IMG/VR virus record: IMGVR_UViG_3300038805_000124
Source of the DNA: a virus
Strand: one strand, 5' to 3'
Length of the DNA: 31,572 nucleotides
Both the position numbers and the translations under genes were made by a program. Of the stretch, positions 8,455 to 16,585 are shown piece by piece; the stretch's first letter is position 1, and every line of letters begins with the position of its first letter. The notes beneath the pieces were generated by a model that searched no databases, was not told the DNA's origin, and saw only the letters and a program-made list of their open reading frames with translations.

Positions 8455-9735
8455 ATGGCAAGTATTCTTTCATTCAGCAACTTTACTTTCACTGCTGAAC
8501 AAATTCGAGACATCAACGAGCTTGTCTTCGATGAGCTCCTTCATGCTCCTGACATCAATTTTATCCACCAGCTGTTCTCCGGCGTGGTGTACGATAAGGA
8601 GATCGGCTTCATCGGCGGCTCCGGACTCGTAGGTAAAGCCGGTCAAGGTTGCAATCCTACCGCTCAGTCCTGGTCTATCAACACCCGAAAAGTAACATGG
8701 CAGCCTAAAGAGTGGGAGGTGTTCATTTCCGAATGTGCAGAGGACCTTAAATCCACCGCTGCTGTTTACGCTCTCAATAGAGGCACGCGTGTAGACGATC
8801 TCACTGACACCGACTATATGGCAATCGTGGTGCAAGTGCTCACGAACGCCGTCAAGGACTTCCTCTATCGTCTGATATGGTTCAATGATACCGATGCCGA
8901 AAACTACCATGAAAGCCAGCTGCCGAAAGCTGCGCTCACTGAGCAGACAGTCGGCCAGCAACTCGTCGGAACCGTATATGTTGAGGTTAAGTCAACTGTT
9001 ACCGGAGCTGTTAAGTGCGCATTTGCAAATGGCACTATCATCTATCTCTCCGGAACCGCCTCAACCGGCAATGCTGTCGCAGATACGAACTACTATTCCA
9101 AGGACACGAGCGACAAAGTCACAGTTGTTGACGGCGGCATCATAACCGTAGGAGTCGACAAGACATATTTCAATATCATCGACGGTCTGTTCAAGCAGCT
9201 CGAAGCTGCCGTAACCGGCGGAGCTCCTACAGTCTCAGTCACGGCTAACGCAAAGACCTCTAAGAGCGCTCAAATGTCCGCTATGAATGCGGCTGCCGCA
9301 TACTCGCTCCTCAGCGATATGTACTACAAGGCACCGGTGGAGATGCGCGGCAAGAAAGAGAATATGATGTTCATCGTCACTCAGTCTATCGCTGACGCAT
9401 ACCAGCAATATCTCACGGACAAAGGAATCGAAAGCACTTACAAGAATCTCGTAGACGGCATTCAGTCGCTTACTTTCCTCGGCGTGCCTGTTATTCCTAT
9501 GCCTATCTGGGACAGCCTTATCCAGAGCTACAATGATCTTGGCACCACCTACTACAAGCCGCATAGAGCGGTTCTTGTGGAGAAAGCGAATCTCGCGGTT
9601 GGAACTCCTTCCGAAGAGGCGTACGGCGAGTTCGATATCTGGCACGACAAGACTTCTCGCAAGAACTATATTCTCCTCAAGGATAAGCTCGATGCGAAGC
9701 TCCTGAACGACAAGCGTCTCGTATACGGCTATTAA
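8455..9735 (+). CDS. Major capsid protein (426 aa)
   Basis: Lies immediately downstream of the protease/scaffold gene. The size fits an HK97-fold capsid protein. A strong intrinsic terminator follows it. Confidence 0.7.
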   Translation: MASILSFSNFTFTAEQIRDINELVFDELLHAPDINFIHQLFSGVVYDKEIGFIGGSGLVGKAGQGCNPTAQSWSINTRKVTWQPKEWEVFISECAEDLKSTAAVYALNRGTRVDDLTDTDYMAIVVQVLTNAVKDFLYRLIWFNDTDAENYHESQLPKAALTEQTVGQQLVGTVYVEVKSTVTGAVKCAFANGTIIYLSGTASTGNAVADTNYYSKDTSDKVTVVDGGIITVGVDKTYFNIIDGLFKQLEAAVTGGAPTVSVTANAKTSKSAQMSAMNAAAAYSLLSDMYYKAPVEMRGKKENMMFIVTQSIADAYQQYLTDKGIESTYKNLVDGIQSLTFLGVPVIPMPIWDSLIQSYNDLGTTYYKPHRAVLVEKANLAVGTPSEEAYGEFDIWHDKTSRKNYILLKDKLDAKLLNDKRLVYGY

Positions 9736-9760
9736 GAATCGTGTATCGTCACTATAACCG

Positions 9761-9798
9761 GAGCGCAGTCGCGGATATCTGCCTCTGCGCTCTTTTTT
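9761..9798 (+). terminator. Rho-independent terminator after the capsid gene
   Basis: GAGCGCAG 9761-9768 pairs with CTGCGCTC 9785-9792, followed by TTTTTT at 9793-9798. Confidence 0.75.
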
Positions 9799-9823
9799 AA
9801 AACGAATAAAAAAATAAAGCAAT

Positions 9824-10396
9824 ATGAACTGCGGAAATTTATCCAAGAATCTCGTTCTCGCTGCGTGCAAGAACTCGCTCGCCTCGATTGAAGCCGACAT
9901 TGTTCTACTCAACTTCGACGAAGTGGATCGCGATGCCAGCTCTCTCTCCGGCAATGTGCTTTCCACGCTTACGATGAAGGCATCCCAATTCGGCTATCGC
10001 TACACTTCGCACAAGAACGCTTTCGAGGCGACTGTCGCTCTTAACAAGGGTACGTACATCAACTCGTTCGTGCATGGCGCGGTAGTGCGCGTATTTTCCA
10101 AGTCTCAAAATACCAAGGATGAGCTCAATAAGCTCGCCAATGGTAAAGTAATCGCGATCGTCAAGAACAGCGATTCGCAAAATGATGAGACGAAATACGA
10201 AGTTTACGGCTGGGAGAGCGGACTCAGAATGTCAGACCTTCAGGCAGCAAGCTCTGATGCTGACGGCGTTCTGTACACATTCAATCTTGCGAGCGAAGAC
10301 AATGCTCGCGAGAGCCAGCTGCCTCTCAGTTTCTACAGCACTTCGCTCGAAGCTACCGAAACTGCCCTAGAGTCATTAGTCTTCGACGGCGCTTAG
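9824..10396 (+). CDS. Putative major tail (tube) protein (190 aa)
   Basis: The size and sequence style (NLVLAACKNS...ADIVLLNFDEV..., KYEVYGWESGLRMSDL, LASEDNARESQLP) resemble siphovirus tail tube proteins. Recognised by eye only. Confidence 0.4.
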   Translation: MNCGNLSKNLVLAACKNSLASIEADIVLLNFDEVDRDASSLSGNVLSTLTMKASQFGYRYTSHKNAFEATVALNKGTYINSFVHGAVVRVFSKSQNTKDELNKLANGKVIAIVKNSDSQNDETKYEVYGWESGLRMSDLQAASSDADGVLYTFNLASEDNARESQLPLSFYSTSLEATETALESLVFDGA

Positions 10397-10402
10397 CCAG
10401 CA

Positions 10403-10903
10403 ATGACTCTCGACGAATATAAGGCGCGATACAGCGGACTGTCGGAGAGGGAAGTGAGCGGCCTCGTTCATTCCAGCTCCGAGTTCCGCGCCGCCACAGA
10501 AGCATTGTATGAGTCTTACTTCCGTCAGCAGATAAATACAAGCTGCGGAGATTGCTGGAAAGACGCCTACATCTTGCTTCTTACGAAAAAAACAAACAAG
10601 GATATGGAAACAGAAATGAAATTCACTCTCAAAGCCGGCGCACTCCTTCGCGATGTGCGCAATATGAATGACAGCTCTCGGCTCGCCACTCGGCTCAACC
10701 TGACTGACGACCTGGCGCTCTATCATCTCGGCACGAATCCGGACTATATCAAATTCTTCTCGAAATATCCGGCCAACTGGCGCGAGCTCGCTAAAAAATA
10801 CATCTCCAAGCTGGACGCTCCGGAAGATGTGGAAGAGAAGAAAGCGGCACCAACGGCAGCCGCTCCGAAAAAATCGAAGAAGAGCACGCGCAAGCAAAAA
10901 TAA
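10403..10903 (+). CDS. Hypothetical structural-module protein (166 aa) with a basic Lys/Ala/Pro-rich tail
   Basis: Well-packed ORF starting 6 nt after the previous stop. No family recognised. Confidence 0.5.
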   Translation: MTLDEYKARYSGLSEREVSGLVHSSSEFRAATEALYESYFRQQINTSCGDCWKDAYILLLTKKTNKDMETEMKFTLKAGALLRDVRNMNDSSRLATRLNLTDDLALYHLGTNPDYIKFFSKYPANWRELAKKYISKLDAPEDVEEKKAAPTAAAPKKSKKSTRKQK

Positions 10904-10926
10904 ACGAGCTGCCGTCGCAATTAGAG

Positions 10927-10966
10927 TTCGGTTGCTTGGAAGAGCATTCTGAGCAGCCGAATTTTT
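10927..10966 (+). terminator. Rho-independent terminator candidate
   Basis: TTCGGTTGC 10927-10935 pairs with GCAGCCGAA 10953-10961 (one G-U pair), followed by TTTTT at 10962-10966. Confidence 0.55.
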
Positions 10967-10985
10967 GATAAAAAGAAAAAAAACA

Positions 10986-12263
10986 ATGAAAGTTTCGAGA
11001 TTAAAATCAGAGAAGCGCCTGGACACTTACAGCAATCGCGGTTTGGGAATACAAACATACGGAGAGTACAATGACTTTCCGCAGCGAATCGCTGAGATAG
11101 TGGAAGCGTCTGTTACCGGCAACTCGTGCACATCTATTTACACGAAGTTCATTGTCGGCCGCGGTTTCGCAGACGCAGATTTTTATGCGGCGGTATGCGA
11201 CAGCAAAGGCACGACGGTGGATGCGCTGCTTCAGTCGGTAGGCGAAGATTATGCTCGCTTCGGAGGTTTTGCAATTCATGTCAATTATAATGCTTTGCAT
11301 GAAATTGTCTCTGCATCTCACTTTCCGTTCGAATGGTTGAGGTTCGAAAATTTGGATGAGGAGGGCAACTTCAACCGGCTCGCTGCGCATCCGGACTGGG
11401 GCCGGCGCTATACCAAGCTCCGTCAGTTCCGTCAGAAAGACATAGAGCATTTTCACTTTTTTAATTCCGATCCGGAAGTGATTGATGCAGAAGTCGCGGA
11501 AGCCGGCGGCTGGAACGGCTACAAAGGGCAAATTTTCTACTTCTCGAATAAAGGGCAGAAAGTTTATCCTACACCGATTTTCGAAGCGGCTGTGACGGAT
11601 ATGTCCAACGAGGAAGGACTCTCGAACATAACTCAGCGAAACGTAAAGAATAACTTTTTGCCGTCCGGAATGGTCGTTGACTACGACAATACTTCGAATT
11701 CCGAAAAGCAAGAGGAGGAGACGAAGGAAGAGCTGCGCGAGTTCCAGGGAGACATGAATGCCGGCAAGCTGCTCTACATCAACATAAAGAACGGAGAGCA
11801 AAAGCCGGACTTCGTTCCGTTCGTCGGAAAGAACTTCGATAGGGATTTTGAGCAAGCAGAGAAAAAAACTCCTCAAATTATCGGACGCGCATTTTCGCAG
11901 CCACCTATATTGAGGGCCGAAGATGTGGGCGCTAACTTTGGAGCGGATCTGATGCGAAACGCCTACGACTACTACAACTCTATAACAGAAAGCGAGCGAG
12001 ACATTCTCTCTCGCGTATTCAAGCGTATTTTCGACTTATGGCACGATCCGGCTATCAATGTGGAGAAGAATTATAAGATAGTGCCGAAGTACTATCGCGT
12101 CAACGCAACTCTTGCGGAGCGCCTCGCGCAGAACATCGACAAGGTGCTTGAGCTGCTTGCTGACAAGGACATGAGCGAACGCGCAAAATTCGTCATCCTT
12201 TCAGTCGTTTACGGAGTCGAGGAGGATGAAATCAATGAACTGCTTGAAGGACTAAGGACATGA
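10986..12263 (+). CDS. Portal protein candidate (425 aa from the ATG at 10986; the track's 10965 start is a TTG inside the terminator)
   Basis: Portal-like size. The segment EELREFQGDMNAGKLLYINIKNGEQKPDFVPF resembles the conserved F-x-G-x-x-NAGK block of HK97-type portals. Its stop overlaps the start of a connector-like gene (ATGATGA). Confidence 0.55.
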   Translation: MKVSRLKSEKRLDTYSNRGLGIQTYGEYNDFPQRIAEIVEASVTGNSCTSIYTKFIVGRGFADADFYAAVCDSKGTTVDALLQSVGEDYARFGGFAIHVNYNALHEIVSASHFPFEWLRFENLDEEGNFNRLAAHPDWGRRYTKLRQFRQKDIEHFHFFNSDPEVIDAEVAEAGGWNGYKGQIFYFSNKGQKVYPTPIFEAAVTDMSNEEGLSNITQRNVKNNFLPSGMVVDYDNTSNSEKQEEETKEELREFQGDMNAGKLLYINIKNGEQKPDFVPFVGKNFDRDFEQAEKKTPQIIGRAFSQPPILRAEDVGANFGADLMRNAYDYYNSITESERDILSRVFKRIFDLWHDPAINVEKNYKIVPKYYRVNATLAERLAQNIDKVLELLADKDMSERAKFVILSVVYGVEEDEINELLEGLRT

Positions 12264-12838
12264 TGATAACCGTTGAAGATATCCGGAAGATCCGCCAGAT
12301 CGCCGGCAATATTAAGGAAGACCGCGTTAACATTTATATCCATGAGGCGGAACTGCTGGATATAGCGCCGGTTATTGGCGCGGAGCTTTATGAGAAGCTC
12401 CGCAATATCGGCGAAATAACGCTGGACGATGCCGGCACTCGTCTGCTCGATGAGACCGGCGAGAATGCTATCATCGTAGCGGATGAGAATGAACTTCCGC
12501 TCAACGAATACAAGCTGCTGAACGGTGGATATTATGAAGACAATAACGGAGTGAAATGCCGCTTCGAGGGCGTAAAAACAGCGCTGGCATATTTTGCTTA
12601 TGCTCGCTTTATTCGCAATCATCCGGTAGCTGTCACTCCTTTCGGAGTTGTATCGAAGCTCGGCGACGAGTCTTCGAACGCAGATGCCAGGACGGTTGCC
12701 GCCGTGAGCGCCGATGCTCGCAGAATCGGCGAAATGTACCTTACGGAAGCGATGCGTTTCTGGGGCATTGTGGAGAGTTGCCGAAGCAACAAGGGAGTGC
12801 AGACACACCGACGCCGTTTCATCCCTATAGGAGATTAA
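12260..12838 (+). CDS. Head-tail connector/adaptor-like protein (192 aa)
   Basis: The N-terminus ITVEDIRKIRQIAGNIKEDRVNIYIHEAELLDIAPVIG resembles gp6-type head-tail connector proteins. Translationally coupled to the portal candidate. Confidence 0.4.
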   Translation: MMITVEDIRKIRQIAGNIKEDRVNIYIHEAELLDIAPVIGAELYEKLRNIGEITLDDAGTRLLDETGENAIIVADENELPLNEYKLLNGGYYEDNNGVKCRFEGVKTALAYFAYARFIRNHPVAVTPFGVVSKLGDESSNADARTVAAVSADARRIGEMYLTEAMRFWGIVESCRSNKGVQTHRRRFIPIGD

Positions 12839-12870
12839 AAAAATGAATCAAAACAATAAAATTTATCAAT

Positions 12871-13464
12871 ATGGCTGGTAAAAAATTCGCTGCTGACTTC
12901 GAGCGTATAGACGAAGTTAAATCCAATGACAAGGTGCTAATCCAGGATTCCGGAACCGGCATCGTGAAATATGCCACACCGGCACAAATAAACGCAATGT
13001 TCGACCAGCTTGTAGCTGACATTCAGACCGCTATCGATGCGAAGACGGACGCTGAAGCTGCATTCTTGGCAGCTCTCGGGGCGAAAAGCGATGCTGAAGC
13101 GGCGAAGAGCGATGCTGTAACCGCTAAAACTGACGCTGTCTCTGCGAAGACGGCTGCGGAGACTGCGGCGAACGATGCTGCGAATGCGCTTGCCGGAGTG
13201 AACGAAGAGCTCGCCGCTCTCGCCGCTCTTGTTGACAATGCCGGCGACCATAAGGCTATCTCCTACGATGCCGAGGAAGCCTACAAGGTCTGCGGCTTCC
13301 GGACGGTCATCTCCGGAGCCGGTGTTCCGTCGCTTGAAACCATTCCTCTACAGTTCGGCATACCGGCATTTATCGGACAGCTCTACATCGACACAAGCGC
13401 CGCTTCCGGAGGCTTGTATTATGCGGTTGGAACTTCATCAATTTCGGACTGGAAAAACGCTTAA
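12871..13464 (+). CDS. Fibre-like protein with an Ala-rich repeat shaft (197 aa)
   Basis: The central tract DAKTDAEAAFLAALGAKSDAEAAKSDAVTAKTDAVSAKTAAETAANDAANALAG is a degenerate repeat. The C-terminal GQLYIDTSAASGGLYYAVGTSSISDWKNA looks like a fibre tip. It lies directly upstream of the DGR target. Confidence 0.5.
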   Translation: MAGKKFAADFERIDEVKSNDKVLIQDSGTGIVKYATPAQINAMFDQLVADIQTAIDAKTDAEAAFLAALGAKSDAEAAKSDAVTAKTDAVSAKTAAETAANDAANALAGVNEELAALAALVDNAGDHKAISYDAEEAYKVCGFRTVISGAGVPSLETIPLQFGIPAFIGQLYIDTSAASGGLYYAVGTSSISDWKNA

Positions 13465-13476
13465 AAATAGAAAAAT

Positions 13477-14673
13477 ATGGCAAATACGATTGTAAAATAC
13501 CCAAAAGTAGGCGACATCCTTTGCTTGGATGAGAACAATATAAAAAAATATATCGCCCTCGATACTTTCGAGGCGCTCCCTGCCGGCTGGACTGCGGTCG
13601 GAGTAGTAGCGCACCGCCAAGGCAACAAGGCGATAGTGGTGCACAAGACGAGCTCCTCGCGGAAGTGGGCCGATGTGTTCCGCTGGTACCTAACCGGCAA
13701 CGCCATGACGGACGGGGCGGCCCATACGGAGAACTTCACCGCTAACTCCGTTTCCGTGCCGGTTACCTGGCAGACCTCTTCGCTCTCCGCGTTCGCCGAG
13801 GCACTGAACTCCGCCATTGCCGGCCAGGACTTCGGGGGGCACTCCTACCGCGCTCTCTACGATGCGGCAGAGGATAAGGTCATCGTCATACACGACACTT
13901 ATATTACCTACATAAGTCCTACTATGTCGGGCGTTACCTTCAACCGCCTTATTGGCGAGGACACTCCTATGGATGTCAATATATTCGGCATCAACGGAGT
14001 AGGCATAGAATACAAGGGCCTCAACTGGCGTAAATATTACGAACATATCAAGACAGCGACTTCGAGCACTCTCAACCCGACATCTCCGATAACATCGCTC
14101 GGCACTTATCCTCTCAGCTACGCTTCTTATTCGTCTGAAATCGGAGCTTACGCTCGGAATATCTACGGAGACGGAGAGGAGAACTACGAGAGATATCTTC
14201 GCGACTACATGGCGCGCTTTCCTTCGCATCGCGGAGCGCTCGCGGAGCGCTTCCGGAGCGGCAAGGACAACACCTACAAGCTCGCCGGCAAGACTTACAT
14301 AGCGAGCGACAGTTCGCTTAAGCCGCTTTATCCGGCGGCCGAATACTGCGCAGCCGTAGGTTACGACTCCGAAGGGCTGGAGGTCGGAAACTGGTACCTG
14401 CCTTCCATATATGAGATTTTCAAAATCTGGAGCAAACTCACTTACGGCCTGGCCGGCGTTTCGCGCCAGAACTCCGATGCGGTCAACCGCTCGCTGTATG
14501 CTATCGGCGGCTCCGCGATATCTCTTGGCAGCAATGCTTGGAGCAGTTGTAGGTACTACTCGCTCAGCGCTTGGCACTACAGTCTCGCTGGATGTGCAAG
14601 CAGCTACGGTTGCGGCGACATCAACTGGGCCGTGCCCTGCATGCTTTTGGACCTGAGCGAAAGCGAAGTATAA
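13477..14673 (+). CDS. DGR target protein with a C-terminal C-type-lectin-fold / DUF1566-like variable domain (398 aa); likely receptor-binding
   Basis: The C-terminus AAEYCAAVGYDSEGLEVGNWYLPSIYEIFKIW...GSNAWSSCRYYSLSAWHYSLAGCASSYGCGDINWAVPCM matches the DUF1566/CLec pattern (yC...W.LPs..E). The last ~40 codons are the VR. Confidence 0.85.
   Translation: MANTIVKYPKVGDILCLDENNIKKYIALDTFEALPAGWTAVGVVAHRQGNKAIVVHKTSSSRKWADVFRWYLTGNAMTDGAAHTENFTANSVSVPVTWQTSSLSAFAEALNSAIAGQDFGGHSYRALYDAAEDKVIVIHDTYITYISPTMSGVTFNRLIGEDTPMDVNIFGINGVGIEYKGLNWRKYYEHIKTATSSTLNPTSPITSLGTYPLSYASYSSEIGAYARNIYGDGEENYERYLRDYMARFPSHRGALAERFRSGKDNTYKLAGKTYIASDSSLKPLYPAAEYCAAVGYDSEGLEVGNWYLPSIYEIFKIWSKLTYGLAGVSRQNSDAVNRSLYAIGGSAISLGSNAWSSCRYYSLSAWHYSLAGCASSYGCGDINWAVPCMLLDLSESEV
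14526..14643 (+). repeat. DGR variable repeat (VR)
   Basis: Aligns without gaps to 15205-15322, with 104 of 118 positions identical by hand alignment. The shared GC-rich 3' block GGCCGTGCCCTGCATG (14628-14643) is IMH-like. Sequences diverge immediately after it. Confidence 0.9.
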
Positions 14674-14685
14674 GATTTAACTCTT

Positions 14686-14714
14686 GCGGCGGTTGTCCGT
14701 AAGGCTGCCGCCGC
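14686..14714 (+). promoter_or_regulatory. GC-rich hairpin downstream of the VR (DGR target-recognition cruciform and/or terminator candidate)
   Basis: GCGGCGG 14686-14692 pairs with CCGCCGC 14708-14714. The loop contains cc-GTAA-gg. It starts 43 nt after the VR end and 13 nt after the target-gene stop. Confidence 0.45.
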
Positions 14715-14723
14715 TTGGCTTTA

Positions 14724-15128
14724 ATGCGAGCGAAAAAAATGAAAGACAAGGCGGGAATATATGTGGATTTGTACAACATGCGTAAGCTTCTCAAGAGGGC
14801 GCAGTTCGCGATGTCGAAAGCTGATAGAATTATCTACGGAACGCCGGTGCTTGTGAAGAACGGAGAGGTGCTTGCAGACTTTGTCCTCGCGTACGATTTC
14901 GCGGACGAGCGAGACAAGTATATCCGGAAGATGTGCGCGGATTTCGAAGTGCTGAAATTAGACCTTAGAATTATCGCCGAGGACAATGTGCTGAAGTGCC
15001 CCGACCCTGAGAATGCTCGCATGAAGCCGGAAACGCTGAAGATTGAAATTTTCGAACTTGTCGCAAGAATTGACGAAGGTATAACCAAATGGCGGAAAAG
15101 TGTCAAAGGCAAGATTGCGCCCGCTTAA
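14724..15128 (+). CDS. avd: Accessory variability determinant (Avd)-like protein (~134 aa; start uncertain among TTG 14715, ATG 14724 and ATG 14739)
   Basis: Small, basic, predicted helical protein lying exactly between the VR-bearing gene and the TR, as in canonical DGRs. The sequence style (LLKRAQFAMSKADRIIYGTPVLVKNGEVLADFVLAY...KYIRKMCADFEVLKLDLRIIAE) fits a four-helix-bundle Avd. Confidence 0.6.
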   Translation: MRAKKMKDKAGIYVDLYNMRKLLKRAQFAMSKADRIIYGTPVLVKNGEVLADFVLAYDFADERDKYIRKMCADFEVLKLDLRIIAEDNVLKCPDPENARMKPETLKIEIFELVARIDEGITKWRKSVKGKIAPA

Positions 15129-15204
15129 GAGCGCAACGGACTGATAGAATTAAAGGGGCGCCCGCCGTCATTTACGGCTATGAGCAAGACAGTGGCGCTC
15201 AGTG

Positions 15205-15322
15205 TGGCAGCAATGCTTGGAGCAGTTGTAGGTACAACTCGAACAACGCTTGGCAATACAGTAACGCTGGATGTGCAAGCAACAACGGTTTCAGCAACAT
15301 TAACTTGGCCGTGCCCTGCATG
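15205..15322 (+). repeat. DGR template repeat (TR), non-coding template
   Basis: 118 bp ending 18 nt upstream of the RT ATG. Contains 8 AAC codons in the VR-equivalent frame, 7 of which differ in the VR. Confidence 0.9.
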
Positions 15323-15340
15323 AATTGATTTAACAAAGTA

Positions 15341-16585
15341 ATGGTAAAAACGAGCAACTTCATAAGCGCCTACTATGTTACCAGGCAGAACAAGCGGCGG
15401 AGCGCTGACTCCGTCGAGTTCGAACTGCACTGGGAGCGGAACATAGCGCGGCTGATGAGCGAGCTCGCGGACCATTCCTTTGCGCCGACCGCCTATACTT
15501 TTATTGCATCGAGGCCCCGACCTCGCGAGGTCTTCGCCTGTGAAATGGCGCTCAGGGTGGTGCACCATTATATCGACATGCGTCTCAGGCCGCTGCTGGA
15601 AGAAGAGCTGACGGACAGAACTTACAACAATAGGATTGGCTATGGCGGCAACGAAGCTGTAAATCAGGTTATCTCCGACATATACGAGGTTTCGAAAGGT
15701 TTTACTTGTGATGCGTGGATAATAAAAATGGACCTTAAAGGGTATTTTCCGAACGCGGACCAAGACATAGTGTACCGGCAGCTCTCCGGACTTGTGGAGC
15801 GAAAATACAAGGGCGATGACAAGGACCTGCTGCAATATATGATAGCGCGCAGCGTTTACTCCTTTCCTGCCAGGCATTGCTACCGGAAGTCGCCGCTCTG
15901 GAAGTGGCAATATATCGAGCCGAGCAAGAGCCTATTCCGCAAGCCTGACGGCATCGGCGGAGCCATAGGGCATCTCATCTGGCAGAACGCAATGAATTAC
16001 TACCTCAACGATATCGACCATTATATCCTCGACGAGTGTGGGCTGAAATATGTTCGCTTCGTTGACGACATGGTAATAGTGACGGACAACAAGGAGTGCA
16101 CCCTCGCTCTTGTGGCGGACATCCGCAAACGCCTCGCCGCGCTCGGATGCGAGCTGCAACCTTCCAAGTTTTATTGCCAGCATTACACGAAGGGCGTTGA
16201 GTTTATCGGCTCTCATATAAAGCTCGATAGGGTGTATGCCGGCAATAGAGTTATCCATAACGCCAGGCGGACAATCCAGAAGCACAACAGAAATATAAAA
16301 ATCAGGAATATCGAGCACTTCCTCGCATCGATGAACTCGTATCTCGGCATTTTCAAGACGCGGAACGAATACGGAACAATTCGAAATCTCCTTTGTGAGG
16401 TCTCTCCGGAGTGGAAGCGGTATGTCAGCTTCGACTACCGGCGGAAGTGCTTTAGAGCCAACAAAGGATATACGCATAGGGAGATTTTATCTCGCAAATA
16501 CAATTTGAAATTTAAAAAACATAAAAATCATGACAACGACAGAACAAATAGCTACGTTGGAGTCGCGCCAGCTGGAGCTGCTTAA
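15341..16585 (+). CDS. DGR-type reverse transcriptase (414 aa)
   Basis: YVRFVDDMVIV is a YxDD catalytic box. PRPREVFACEMALRVVHHYI is typical of the DGR RT N-terminus. IGGAIGHLIWQNAMNYYL corresponds to the DGR-type LGxxxSQ region. LASMNSYLGIFKTRNEY matches the thumb region. Confidence 0.9.
   Translation: MVKTSNFISAYYVTRQNKRRSADSVEFELHWERNIARLMSELADHSFAPTAYTFIASRPRPREVFACEMALRVVHHYIDMRLRPLLEEELTDRTYNNRIGYGGNEAVNQVISDIYEVSKGFTCDAWIIKMDLKGYFPNADQDIVYRQLSGLVERKYKGDDKDLLQYMIARSVYSFPARHCYRKSPLWKWQYIEPSKSLFRKPDGIGGAIGHLIWQNAMNYYLNDIDHYILDECGLKYVRFVDDMVIVTDNKECTLALVADIRKRLAALGCELQPSKFYCQHYTKGVEFIGSHIKLDRVYAGNRVIHNARRTIQKHNRNIKIRNIEHFLASMNSYLGIFKTRNEYGTIRNLLCEVSPEWKRYVSFDYRRKCFRANKGYTHREILSRKYNLKFKKHKNHDNDRTNSYVGVAPAGAA

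Larger units (their letters stand above)
13477..16585 (+). mobile_element. Diversity-generating retroelement cassette: target gene with VR, avd, TR, reverse transcriptase
   Basis: Canonical order and spacing. A 118-bp VR/TR pair shows adenine-biased mismatches. The RT carries a YxDD box. See the component features. Confidence 0.9.

Noticed and set aside
15089-15328. 79-aa + strand ORF (…GAQCGSNAWSSCRYNSNNAWQYSNAGCASNNGFSNINLAVPCMN) that looks like a small paralogue of the lectin domain
   Set aside because: It is the TR read in the VR-equivalent frame. It overlaps the avd 3' end, has no independent N-terminal domain and is Asn(AAC)-rich, as expected for a DGR template. It is treated as a non-coding template, not a gene.
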